From Lytechinus pictus (taxonomy: Eukaryota): DNA of 64,000 nt. Below are positions 52,638-64,000 of this stretch, piece by piece; positions within the stretch are counted from its first letter, which is position 1, and each line of letters opens with the position of its first letter. Position numbers and translations under genes: made by a program. The notes under the pieces are model-generated. The model did no database searches. It worked only from the letters and a program-made list of their open reading frames with translations, and had not been told where the DNA came from. The stretch lies in assembly GCF_037042905.1 (NCBI RefSeq), contig NC_087251.1, positions 3,164,001 to 3,228,000 on the forward strand, read 5' to 3'.

Positions 52638-53436
52638 TGTCCAATTTTTTACCTGTGACATGTGTCCATCCCAAAATTAAAGGTGGACCCCCCTAAATTT
52701 TTTTTTCTTGGACACTGTCCCGGCCCGCGATGAGTTTCAGTATTTTTGGAGGACACCTAGTGGCATCCCTGTATAAACGATGCTACTTCGCGGGATGTTC
52801 CTGAGAGACTCCCATTTGTTCCTGACAAATATGGTAAATGTTCCTGACAACCATCCCTTTAGGTTGGCATCTCTGATAACGTCACATGTCGAAACGCATA
52901 ATGTCCCAGCAAATTTCTAACTTATAACGTCACATGTCGCAACGCATAATGTCGCAGCGGTATTTTCTTCAGGACCCGAGCTACAGATAAGATATAAAAT
53001 ACGCTTTCACTAAGTATTTTGAGACACGAGAAAGAGAATTAAGTGATTTGGAAATCAGGATTACTCTTTGTATGGATATTTATCGGTTTATTGCCATTTC
53101 GTCTACTGTCTTTTTCCCCCACTATCGCATGGTCTGATATCATTTCGTCTACCATAATTAGTTAGTCAACTATCAACATAGTCCAATAACCATTTCGTCT
53201 AATTACCATCTCGTCTAATAGCCAGTAGGTCTAATAGCCGTTTTGTTTATTATCATTTAGTCTAATTGTATTTTTTTCAATTGGTCCAATATCCACTTTG
53301 TCCAATATCACTACGTCTATTACCTTTTGGTCTAATAGCCAATTTGTCTAATAACCACTTGGTCTACTCTCATTTTGTCCATGTTCTATTTGGTCTGACT
53401 TCATTATGCGTTGGTGCGACATTATCGGTTGTAACA
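51471..53436. mobile_element. Ginger-like non-autonomous element, copy 2, with nested insertions
   Basis: Ends tgtaacaaccaataatgtcgca / tgcgacattatcggttgtaaca; 5 bp TSD tcgcg at 51466-51470 and 53437-53441; shares subterminal sequence with 8420-10254. Confidence 0.8.
51553..52875. mobile_element. hAT-like element with 6 bp TSD, chimeric
   Basis: TIR cagagatgccaacc / ggttggcatctctg; TSD ataacg on both sides; ~51810-52771 is homologous to ~57895-58848 and includes that family's right end. Confidence 0.75.
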
Positions 53437-53789
53437 TCGCGCAACTTCACTTCCCTGTTTTATCCGAACTTAATACATAAACGTATGGCCATTGAGTCCC
53501 TGTACAGATCTAGCTACAACTTTGGTCTCTGTATTTGGTGAGTGGAGCCAACGTAGTTCAGCGGAACAACCAACATAACAGAGACCGAAGCTTTTGGTCT
53601 ATGTTTGTGTAGGCTCCACTTCACTACTGCTACACCTACCCGAACGACAAGGTATAAAACTCGCTCTGCTATGCTAGTCTGAGTGCTAAAGGTGTCACTT
53701 TAAAGTTTATGGGGGGGAGGAATATAAAACTCATGCAAAAAAATGACCTTACAATTCATTTAGACTATAACAACTCCTCCTACAAAGTT

Positions 53790-54190
53790 ACATTTCACAA
53801 AGTTTCACTACTTTTCCACGCTTCTATCAGTCTCAAAATTTGTTATTTAGAGCCAGTATCGGTTTCCTCACACGTATTAATTCACTGCCGATTCCATAAA
53901 CATTGCAAACGCAAATTGCGTATTCGCGGAAATGACAGCTCAATTCATGAATATTCATGATAGGACTATAGATCGGGATCGTTTTGCATTTGCATCAAAT
54001 CTCGATCTGTAGATCTACTCCTGAATATTCATGAATTGAGCTGCGATTTCCACGCATGTGCAATTTGCGTTTGCGATGTTTTGGATTGGCAGTGAATTAA
54101 TACGTGTGAGGAAACCGATACTGGCTCTAAATCACCAATTTTGAGACTGATAGAAGCATGGAAAAGAAATGAAATTTTGTGATATATGTA
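53790..54190. repeat. Palindromic repeat related to the 50659-51287 foldback family
   Basis: Inverted arms containing ctcaaaatttg...gccagtatc...cctcacacgtatta, shared with the 50659 element; centre near 53990. Confidence 0.7.
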
Positions 54191-54349
54191 AGATGAGTTG
54201 TTATAAATGAATTGTACATGAACATCACTTGAGGTATAGTCACATATTTTATTACCGGACACTATTATGATTCCGGATGCGCATATTACTGCGTACGAAA
54301 ACAATTTCTTACCGCAAGACGTTCGCAGTTCAAATTCACAGAGCAATAC

Positions 54350-57127
54350 GGTTACACTTCGTAATTCCGAAGGTTCTTTATTCCGAAGGTTCGTAATTCC
54401 GAAACACGCAAATTGCCTATACCTCGATGTTCGTTAATCTGAAAACGAAAAAGGGTTCGTTAATCTGAACATTTGTGGCGTTATTACGAAAACGAAATAA
54501 GGTTCGTTGTTCCGAAGGTTCGTTAATCCGAAAACGAAATAAGGTTCTTTATTCCGAAGGTTCGTTAATCCGATAAATGAAAACCGGGAAAGCAGAGGAA
54601 GGGCAAGTGTGGTGGTGGGGGGGGGGGGGAGGACACAGTTGCTGTTCAATTGTTATGAGGATGGGAAGGCAAGGGCGGCCGAATGAATTTTCGTTTGGGG
54701 AGCAAAGCCAAAAATGACACTCGTACGTCAAAATGGGCAATTTGGTGATATTTTCACAATGAAGTCATTGTGTGTTTTATAGTAATTAAGTAGAGAAAGG
54801 CCTTTTAGAAGTGACTTCTGATTATGAGAGATGTATATTTAGGCTTTATTTTTCGCGAGAGAGTATAATGAGCGAGTGGTTTGGAAAAAAATCAAAGCTC
54901 AAGTTGTAAAACTCGTTTTGGGGGTCAATTACTGTTAAAATGTCATTATTGCGAGATGTTGCGAGCGTGAATCACAAGCTCAAACTTTAGGGCATTTCAA
55001 TAAGAAATGAAAAAAAAATCCGAGCGGGTTTCTGCTATCATTAAACCATGGACCCTAGGGTCCATGATCTAACTTAAGAGTTAACACGAGCGCAAAGCGA
55101 GAGCTTAAATATACTGACCAGAAAAGGAACCTGTTAAGGACTGCATTTAGTGACCTCTTTAGGATACATAATTATTTTACCAATCAAATAATGCAAGTGC
55201 GAAACGCGAGCTGAAAAATTGTAATATTCCAGCCTGAAAATTAATCTAAAATGTATACTTTAAAAAGAGTATGTATTTTGAAAAAAGGGAATTTCCCTGT
55301 TATTTATTTTGGGGGTGCAAGTGCCCCCTGCCCCCCCCCCCCCCCCCCCCCGGCGGATCCAACTTTCGCCAATAGGGGGGGGGGGCGAAATGTTTTCACC
55401 CATAATTTCCCCGATCGGCAGCTCAAAGTTGATTTTTGTTTGTTTGTTTCTTTGAAAGGGTAGTCCTAACAGCCAATAATTAGCTTTATTCTTATAAAAT
55501 AAAGTAAATATGTAATAATATCATAAGCCTTTTTTAAATAATGCGAGCGCGAAGCGCAAGCTATATCTTTTGTTGAAAGTATGATGGGCAATATGTTTGT
55601 GATCTTCAAAACAAGTTCTGCGAGCAAGAAGCGCGAGCAGAAATTTTAAATATAAGCTCTGACCTGATCTAAAGGGACATGTTAAGGAAGTTTTGCAGTT
55701 AGCCATGAAGACGATACATGTTTCAACCAGGTGCGGCGGAACGTATTTTCCTTTGGGGGGGCAAAGTAAAAAATGGGCATTTTGCTGCAAACTGATATTT
55801 TCACCATGAGATTATCATCTGTGTAAAGTTGTGTGTTTTGTCGTAATTAAGTTGAGCAAAGTTTTTTCAATTGATTTTTGATTGATAAAATATATATTTA
55901 GGTTTTATTTTCGCGAGCAAGCGGTTTGGAAAAAAAATCAAATCTGAAGTTGTAAAACTCGCTTTTTGGTTAATTATGGACCTAATTACTGTTAAAAGGG
56001 CATCCTTGTGAGATATTGCGAGCGAATCACTAGCTCAAACTTTGGAAATTTCATGTAGGCCTAATAAGACATAATAATGATAATAATAATAATGATAATA
56101 ATAATATTGGTATTATGTACCAAGGGAAGCCACTTTAGTTCTGAAAACTATTCTCCCAGCGGGCCCTGCTATTATTATTACCCCGGCTTTAGCTGGGCTG
56201 CCTAGGCGCCCGAAGGGAGGCATTTAATCAATTTCTTCCTACCGTGTACCCATTTACCTCACCCGGGTTGAGTGCAGCACAGTGTGGATAAATTTCTTGT
56301 TAAAGGAAATTATGCCATGGCTGGGATTCGAACCTACGACCCTCTGTTTAGTCAGAAGACTAATCCACTGGTCCACAACGCCCCACATAAAAAGTAAACA
56401 TTCCATTTCCAAGCATTTTTTGTAATCATGAAAAAAGATTAACATTGTTAACACTAGCGTAACGATCAATAAAATGTTATTAACATTTATATTCTTCATC
56501 ACCATTTTTATTATGATCATCGTTTGGGATTATCATGATCATCATTAGTATTATTTTTATTACCAGCAGAAGCTCTTATTAAAAATGACATCCCCTCCAA
56601 TACAAATCCTATTATCTAGAGGTTAATCCCCTGCATCTTTAAACCATTTGCTTGGGCAGCAATTGCTCAGATAAAATCGAAATTAAGCGTATGCTTGATC
56701 CGGCTGCCTATTCTTAATGCAATACATGCTTTGGCCACAACACACACATGTATCATCGTTCGTTATTTTATTATTGCATAGTATCATGTTATCTTGTAAG
56801 GACAACACCGTTTTTATTACCAAAATGAATTAATTTCATTTTCGGAAATACGAACCTTATTTAATTTTCGGATTAACGAACCTTATTTCATTTTCGGACT
56901 AACGAACCTTCGGATTAACGAACCTTATTTCGTTTTCGGACTAACAAACCTTCGGAATTATGAACCTCATTTCGTTTTCGGACTAACGAACCTTTGGGAT
57001 TACGAACCTCATTTCGTTTTCGGATTAACGAACCTTCGCAATTACGAACCTCTTGTTTTCGGACTAACGAACCTTCGGAGTATCCGAACTTTCGGAATAA
57101 CGAAGCTTGGAATTACGAATGTATGGG
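54350..57127. mobile_element. Mutator-like non-autonomous element with tandem subterminal repeats and nested insertions
   Basis: 9 bp TSD gagcaatac at 54341-54349 and 57128-57136; arrays of ttcgttaatccgaaggtt at the left end and their reverse complement at 56840-57120. Confidence 0.8.
56071..56384 (-). mobile_element. tRNA-derived SINE with (TAT)n-type tail
   Basis: Minus strand: ggggcgttgtggaccagtgg (A box) ... ggttcgaatccc (B box), body with cactcaacccgggtgaggtaaatgggtac, tail of tat/tta repeats. A short matching 3' fragment occurs near 3650-3705. Confidence 0.8.
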
Positions 57128-57703
57128 GAGCAATACATAGAACAAGATTGCAAAAACAAGGGCGAAAAAAAATTAAACTTTACCTTTTCTATCTTTTAAA
57201 TTACAGAAAATTATTAAAATATCATATGAAACTTTATGCTTTAACAATTGAAATATTTTCTGAGGGAAATATGGGCCTGATTTGATGATTTGCTGAATTT
57301 CAATCTCGTCCGCTCCTTTGATCAAATGTTGAGGTGTGGTGTATTGTGGGTGATTGTCGACGGCTAGTTCTCAAGGTACCCGTGCACAAGGTTAACCGTG
57401 ATTAGAGCTGTTCGATCATCGACAGTGCATCGATAGAACTTGATGAGCGTCATACAATACAAACAAGCATATTATTGGAAAGTGCCATGGAACATGCAGT
57501 TAAAAAGAAAAAAAAAGTAGTTAGCAAACACAAATTTATTACCAACATCTGCTCAGATTCGATATAAAAAAAGCAAACAAAAACTTCGAATTTACTCACG
57601 ATATGATATATGAATAAAAAATCACACAAATTCTTTCTTACATCATTATAATCAAGAATATCTTTACCCATCCGGCACACGTCCGGAATCATGATGTAAT
57701 TTG

Positions 57704-58848
57704 CAGGGATGCCACTTTTCCGTCTTTATACGGAATTCCGTCTTTTTCCCTGCTATCTGTCTTATTTCCGTCTTTTCCTATTTTCTGTGTATTAAAAAAA
57801 TCGAAAAGTCCTCCTTTTTTCCCCCCTCTCTCTCTCGATTGCGATGCATGCAGTGAGAGATATTTCCCCAAGATATTTGCTATTATACAGTACATAATTT
57901 ATAAACGTGCGCACTACCCACTACGTTCATAGAGTTATGCTTTTATCAAGGATTTCCAATTAGAATTCTCGATATCCTAGCCAATCAATGCGAGCGACAA
58001 GTTCCGAACGCACGCACATAGACAAGCGCAAAGCAGCGGCACGAATCGCGATATAATAGCGACTGGTACATATATCTGTAAGGATGATGATGTCATCCAA
58101 GATGGCAACGTACGATGACTAACGAAAGGGTCGAGGATGACTATGTTTTGATCATCATTTGAAAGGAATTAGCGGTAACTGCGGTCTAAGGTACGATGTT
58201 TCTGTATTTTATATATTTTCTTGTAAATTCGGATGTAATTATTTTTTTATAATGTGACATTTTATGTACAAAAAACGATCCGAAAATCGGGTTTCCGACG
58301 AATGTTACTGCTGCCTTCCGATACGTAACCAAGGGAGCTCCGGCCCGCAAAGCAAGCCGCAGCTCCCTTGGGTTACGTATCGGCTAACTCAGGGAGCTCT
58401 GGCCCGCTTTGGGGGCTGGAGCTCCCTGGTTTAGCTGATACAGTCTATGTATTGGTGAGTGGAGCCAACGCGGTTTAGCGGAACAACCAAAATGAAGACT
58501 GAAGCTTTTGGTCTAGCGTTCTAGGAGCAAGAACTAACTACCGTCAGTTTTTCAAACCTTGACTTCAAAGTCATCGATCACAACAAGATAGGAAGCTACT
58601 TGGTCCTTCCCCCCCTAAATTTGAGGTTGGGCAATGGACCACCCCCCCCCCCCCTAAAATTTATGTTAACTTTTTTTTTTTTTTTGCTGGCTTGTCCAAT
58701 TTTTTACCTGTGTCCATCCCAAAATTTAAACTGGACCCCCCTAATTTTTTTTGCTTCTGCCCCCAATGCCCCAATTTACTGTTCTTGGACACTGTCCCTG
58801 CCCCTGATAAGTTTCAGTATTTTTGGAGGACACCTAGTGGCATACCTG
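57704..58848. mobile_element. hAT-like element with 6 bp TSD
   Basis: TIR cagggatgccac / gtggcatacctg; TSD aatttg at 57698-57703 and 58849-58854. Confidence 0.8.
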
Positions 58849-59109
58849 AATTTGCCGTGAATGAAAATAAATGTTTTTCATGGAGGGGTATGCGGCAAGT
58901 GTGCAAAGAAATGGTTGGTCAATATAAAATAATTTTGTCATATTCATAATTTTCATAATATTTGGAATAGCAAGTGCAAATTTTTCTTGATTGTATTTCC
59001 TCTAGTTGTCATTTTTAAAGCACTGAAATAAAGGTGTCCGGCAATAGGATACACTGCCATATCTGAGGATGGGAGAAGCCTGCCTATGGCTATGGGGGGG
59101 GGGGTATAT

Positions 59110-59637
59110 CTAGCCTTGAGGACTCGTGATGATATTTAAAAATATTTTTACATATATTTTTCATCACAGAGCCTTGAAATGGTTGCCTTATATATATGCA
59201 TAAGCAAGACTTGTCAACAAGGATGAATTTCCCTGGGAAATCCATATTTAGAGAGTGAAATCGGTTTGTTTCTCTTGATTTTATTTATCTATGACCCTTC
59301 ATACGCCTAATGCGTATGAAGGGGTTAAAAATATTTTAGTATAGATATGAAAAATGAGAGGTTTCTTACCAGACCGATCTCGTGTAGATCCCTCGATCCA
59401 TTCGTAATCACTGCAAATATAATAGGCTTGACCCTTGAACCGCTTCGTTATGACGTACCTTCGATAAAGCGATGTTACAAAATGCCTTTTTGAAGAACAA
59501 TATATAGATAAAAATGATTATTTAACAAGCAATAAAATTTGAAACTTGAATAGAAATAATGATCATTTCAAGGCTCTGTGATGAAAAAGTATATGTAAAA
59601 ATATTTTAAAATATCATCACAGTGCCCTCAAGGCTAG
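59110..59637. repeat. Inverted repeat pair (~70 bp arms), probable MITE
   Basis: ctagccttgagg...catcacagagccttgaaatg at ~59110-59181 and its reverse complement at ~59563-59637. Confidence 0.65.
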
Positions 59638-60752
59638 GGTATATCATAAGAAGTTCTGACACTGTCTCTCAAAGTCAGATAGTCTCATATCGAGTCATGT
59701 ACCCCTCATGAATTGTCGTCTTCTCAGCAATCCTGGAAATGGCACTCCACACTCGCGAAAGGCGTCGCAAACATGATTGTGTTCTTAATACTTAAATTAG
59801 ACAGGCATGACAGCTAAAATCTGAATGAGTTTTTAAACGATAAAAAAAAAAATTTGTTTCTCATCCCACACATGGTACATCATGGAACAAGTGTAGATAT
59901 CTAAATATTCCAGTGGAAAAACCGACAAAATGCAATTTTCCTGAGGGGCAGTCCCGAAGTAAAATAGGTGCATTAACGTCACAGAGGGGACCACAATACA
60001 TGTTGTTCCAACAAAACCTCTGATGGCTGTATACACTTCATTTGGTTTATATCATTGGTATTAAATGCAACAGATACAAAAAAATATGATAATATTAGCA
60101 TCTAGGCCGAAAAGTTTCTGAAGATTTTTATGGGTGTTAAGGACGTTCCACAGTTAAAGTGAAATCCATGTCATTTTCACCAAACTTTGCACATAGATAC
60201 TTTAGAACCTTAATATTCGAAATATGCAAAAATTACCATAGGTCCATGTGCTTGATTTTTTGCTGTAGAGCTTCAAAGTTCACCCAAATTGATGTTCTTA
60301 AGAATTGCGCATTTAAAAGAATTTGGCATTTTTAGACCTCGCAAGAATACTACAATGAGTTTAAACCTCTATTACTCGGTCAAAATACATGAAAAAGTCA
60401 TCAAATTTCGCAAGAGAGTTAATAATTGCATCGTTAGAATGGATAATCTATTTATGGTGCTATTTGTTTGCAACTCTAAGTCTAACAGCACAGTCAGTTC
60501 TTAAAAACGGCGTAAAAGATAACAAAAACCCAATCTCAAAAATGTGAAATTTCAATAACAGACTACAAAAGTACAATAAATGCTGCACTTTATTCAAAAT
60601 CCATGTCAAAGTTGTAGAGGAAGCTATACATAAGAGGAACAAACATTAAAAAATAGGGGTTCATGTGCTTGTTTTCAAACTATCAGCATTTTTATTAGAG
60701 CAAATGTGCTTTTTTAAACACCAAAAATGCGCCAAAGATCAAATTACCCTAA

Positions 60753-61565
60753 TAGGGACAGTGATTTTCCGTTTCAAAAAATTGCCTTTTCCGTTTCATA
60801 AAATCTCAAATTCCGTTTCAGCATGTCAGAAAACGGAAATTCCGTTTCCCCATAGACTTTGTACACACGGAAAATTGACAATTCCGTTTACACATTGAAT
60901 AGCAAAATCACAACACGCACACTCGACTCGCACTGGTCAAAATTTGTATCTGCTACTGTACCAACAACACAATAAAATCCGTTCTAATCGGATCTATGCG
61001 GGTGCATTAGATATTTTTACACACCCATTTTGCATGCATACATCCTCACCTTTCATATTATTAGCATTATTTCACGGTGAAATGATATTTCATCGATAAT
61101 TTTGGGGTTTTTTGGACATCGTTATCATCAATCAACGGCTCTTGCCAATCCGCCATCTTGGATTTTAAGACCACGATATCGTGCTGTTACATCTTCAAAC
61201 GTAGAGGGCAGCAACACACGACCGTGTAAGGAGTTGAACGATATGTGTGCATGTGAAGCCCAACACCCGGCCGGCCGGGTACGGGTACGGTGCGGGGTAC
61301 AATCGAGTGTGCTAATGTCAAGTGCAGTCACGATGTGTGAATTGTCATGATAGTAGCAAAGTGAGATCGTGTTTTCTGGGTTTTTTGGGCCATTTAATAT
61401 TCTCATTTTGTTGTGATTTTGGAGTAATTTCTGTTGCTATTCTGTGTATTTTGAGGGAAAATACGTTTTCCGTGATTTTCCGTTTGAAATGCCACTTTCC
61501 GTTTCAAAAGGCCCTTTCCGTGAATTCCGTCCGTTTGCCGCGATCGCGGAAAGTCACTGTCCCTA
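60753..61565. mobile_element. hAT-like element with 6 bp TSD
   Basis: TIR tagggacagtgattttccg / cggaaagtcactgtcccta; TSD ccctaa at 60747-60752 and 61566-61571; subterminal ttccgt repeats. Confidence 0.8.
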
Positions 61566-63474
61566 CCCTAAAATATTCAACAAAAGTAAGAAGAAAACAG
61601 ATAGGATTTAAAATACTTTGTTCTTGGTTCTGGGAATTCTTGATGGAGATTGATCTCATAGGATTGAAGAAATTGACAGGTGACATTAAAGTGATGCATT
61701 TCTTCTTGATACATACATTTAGGGTACTGTGGGATTTGCCCATTTTGAGCAGAAATAGAATAGCAGATGAATATATTTTCAACTGATGATTCTCTGTAAA
61801 GATTTTTTAGCACCCTCTCATGGTGATATTTTTTTATTTTTCTCTTTAGAAAAGGTCTTTTTTCATACAAATTTTGTGATTGGATATCAGAAAACTACAG
61901 TACAGACAAAGATTACATACATTCATGTCCTGAAATTCTCAGCTGATTCCATGCTTTGGAGAAAAAAAACGATACAAACAACACATGCAGATAATTTTTA
62001 TAAGTTAATTCACAAAATTTATCCTGCAAAACATATTTTCCATTTTATTTATGTGAAGCAGATGATTTTACCAAGTTGTTGCAAACAGGATAGTAGCATT
62101 CAGAGGAGAAGTTGCCAATTATTGATCAACCAATTCATGACCATGAAAAACATTTCCTAATCCTCTTTGTTTGAATACATGCATGGATTATCAGTTTCAC
62201 ATAAAACCATTTTCGTTTTCAATGCCAACACAAAAACACTAGCCATACAGCTTTACTAGATTAAGGAACTACTGATCCTCACTTAGAAGTAGGTCATGTG
62301 AACAATTTAATATTGATTTATTTTGCTTATGAGCAGTGTGTAGTGCTCTAAATGCTCTTTCAGTTTTACAGGGTGTGGCAAACTTCTTTTTTAATCCTGA
62401 GGTTCTCCATTCATAATAAATTACATGTAGTTTCAAATTAAGAAGAGATTAATTGAGGAAAAGAGATTTTTCAAGACACAAGAATAGCTTAAAAACTCTA
62501 GACTAAAAGTATGTACATGTATTAAGTTTGATTCAGGTCATTGTTTTTTTGTTTAATGTGTATTCCGGGATTATCCATTCATGTAATGTTGGAAGTATTC
62601 TTCCTTTTAGGGAGGGGGGGGGGGTGGAAGTAATTTGTGTAGCAGTGGGTTGCTCTAGACTCAGTTTACAATGTTTGCAAAGTTCAATGGATTTTTGTGA
62701 TATTTTATTTATTTTGGTCATTGGGTGCTGAAAGAAATGCTTCTTGAATGCTTCATTTGGTTTATATTTCCAATGAACCTGTTCAAAAGAGAGTATCAGT
62801 TATACATGGTTCATATCAAGTGCTGTGATCAAGCTTACCATGATGAAATCCTTCTCTGTGCATTTGCTGGAGTTGTTTAAATGTCATCTGTCAGTCATAC
62901 TCAGTGTACATTATACATTGCCCTTTTGCCACAGGAGGTTTGATGATAAGGACTGAGGGGAGCGTGTCATTCATATTTAGGTCTTCAATTGGTTGCTTAT
63001 TGTTGCTAAACATAGTAACAGTTGATTTCTTGATTGCTACATGCATATGAGGAAGAAGAAAAAAAATCAAATATTTAATCACTTGAATTTAATATTTTTG
63101 GGTGTGGGGCTTGAGTTTTTAAAAAAATAATAAAATGAAAATGTCATGAAAACAAAGATATTATTTGATTACATGTATTTATTTCACATTATATGAGGCA
63201 ATTATGTGATGATGGTATATTTTTTAATTAGTGAAAACTGGGAGTACATGAAAAAAAGCAGGTTTTATGTGTCATGAATTCAGTTTATTGAAAATTTGAT
63301 GATTTCTTTTGCAATTGTCGCAAATACCTTCGCGAACACTGTACAAACAATTTTATACATAGCAATAAATGGTATGAAATAGGTTTGTATGGTATTCGTA
63401 AAGGTATTTGTGACGATAGCCAACCATATTCATTTTATTCAGTCTGTTGACAATTTGTAGGATTTTCTACAATT

Positions 63475-63703
63475 GTGTTTTTGGTGACTCGTAGGACTGA
63501 ATTTTATTTCAAGTTAATTATTTGAAAAAGAATTTGGTTTTGAATTACGAAGAAGCTAGAGAAAAGCATATCAGAAAAAAGACTTGCACAGTGTTTTTGG
63601 TGACTCGTAGGACTGAATTTTATTTTAAGTTAATTGTTTGAAAAAGAATTTGGTTTTGAACTATGATGAAGAGAAAAGCATATAAGAAATAAGACTTGCA
63701 CAG
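63475..63703. repeat. Tandem duplication, ~116 bp x2
   Basis: gtgtttttggtgactcgtaggactgaattttattt...aagacttgcacag present twice. Confidence 0.85.
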
Positions 63704-64000
63704 CAATCAAATATAACATGGATGTAGTACATGTATGGGCCTTTATAAAAAAGTTCTCTTTAAAAAACTTGACAAAAAAAAAAAGGAAGTGGAGCAAAGA
63801 CAATTTGAATCCCAAGGCTTTTAGAAATTTGTGATTTTCTTATTTTTTACTTGATTTGTCCAAACTTTCATTTTACATGGTTCTCTGAGCTCCATGCTAT
63901 GATTTCCATTTCATTAAAAAAAAAAACACTTTGTTTCCATGCTGTTCAGACTGCATTTTCTAAACCCCCATATGGATACTATTTTTTTGTTTTTTTGTTT

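Overview
AT-rich eukaryotic (animal) genomic DNA with spliced genes and dense transposon debris. The repeat style suggests an echinoderm such as a sea urchin, but that is inference. Genes, left to right: the 3' end of a WDR49/WDR64-like WD40 gene (+, to 4078); a head-to-head pair of testis-specific serine/threonine kinase (TSSK)-like genes, one with 5 exons (-, 6850-12808) and one intronless (+, 13821-14765), sharing a ~1 kb promoter with CRE-type sites; an orphan, frameshifted two-exon 3' fragment of MCM8 (20024-21628); a divergent 7-coding-exon A/B-class cyclin (-, 26991-34477) whose stop exon appears to splice on into a chain of micro-exons; and exon 1 of adenylosuccinate synthetase (+, 50046-50225), with the rest of the window lying in its first intron. 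Mobile DNA includes an L1/Tx1 LINE nested in an RTE-X-like LINE with an associated inverted duplication, a tRNA SINE, and many non-autonomous TIR elements with readable 3, 5, 6, 8 and 9 bp TSDs. The most unusual object is a ~200 bp element at 35689-35887 with a 7SL (Alu-domain) head, a tRNA-type B box and a (CA)n tail, i.e. a candidate 7SL-derived SINE in an invertebrate. All calls are by eye; no searches were run.
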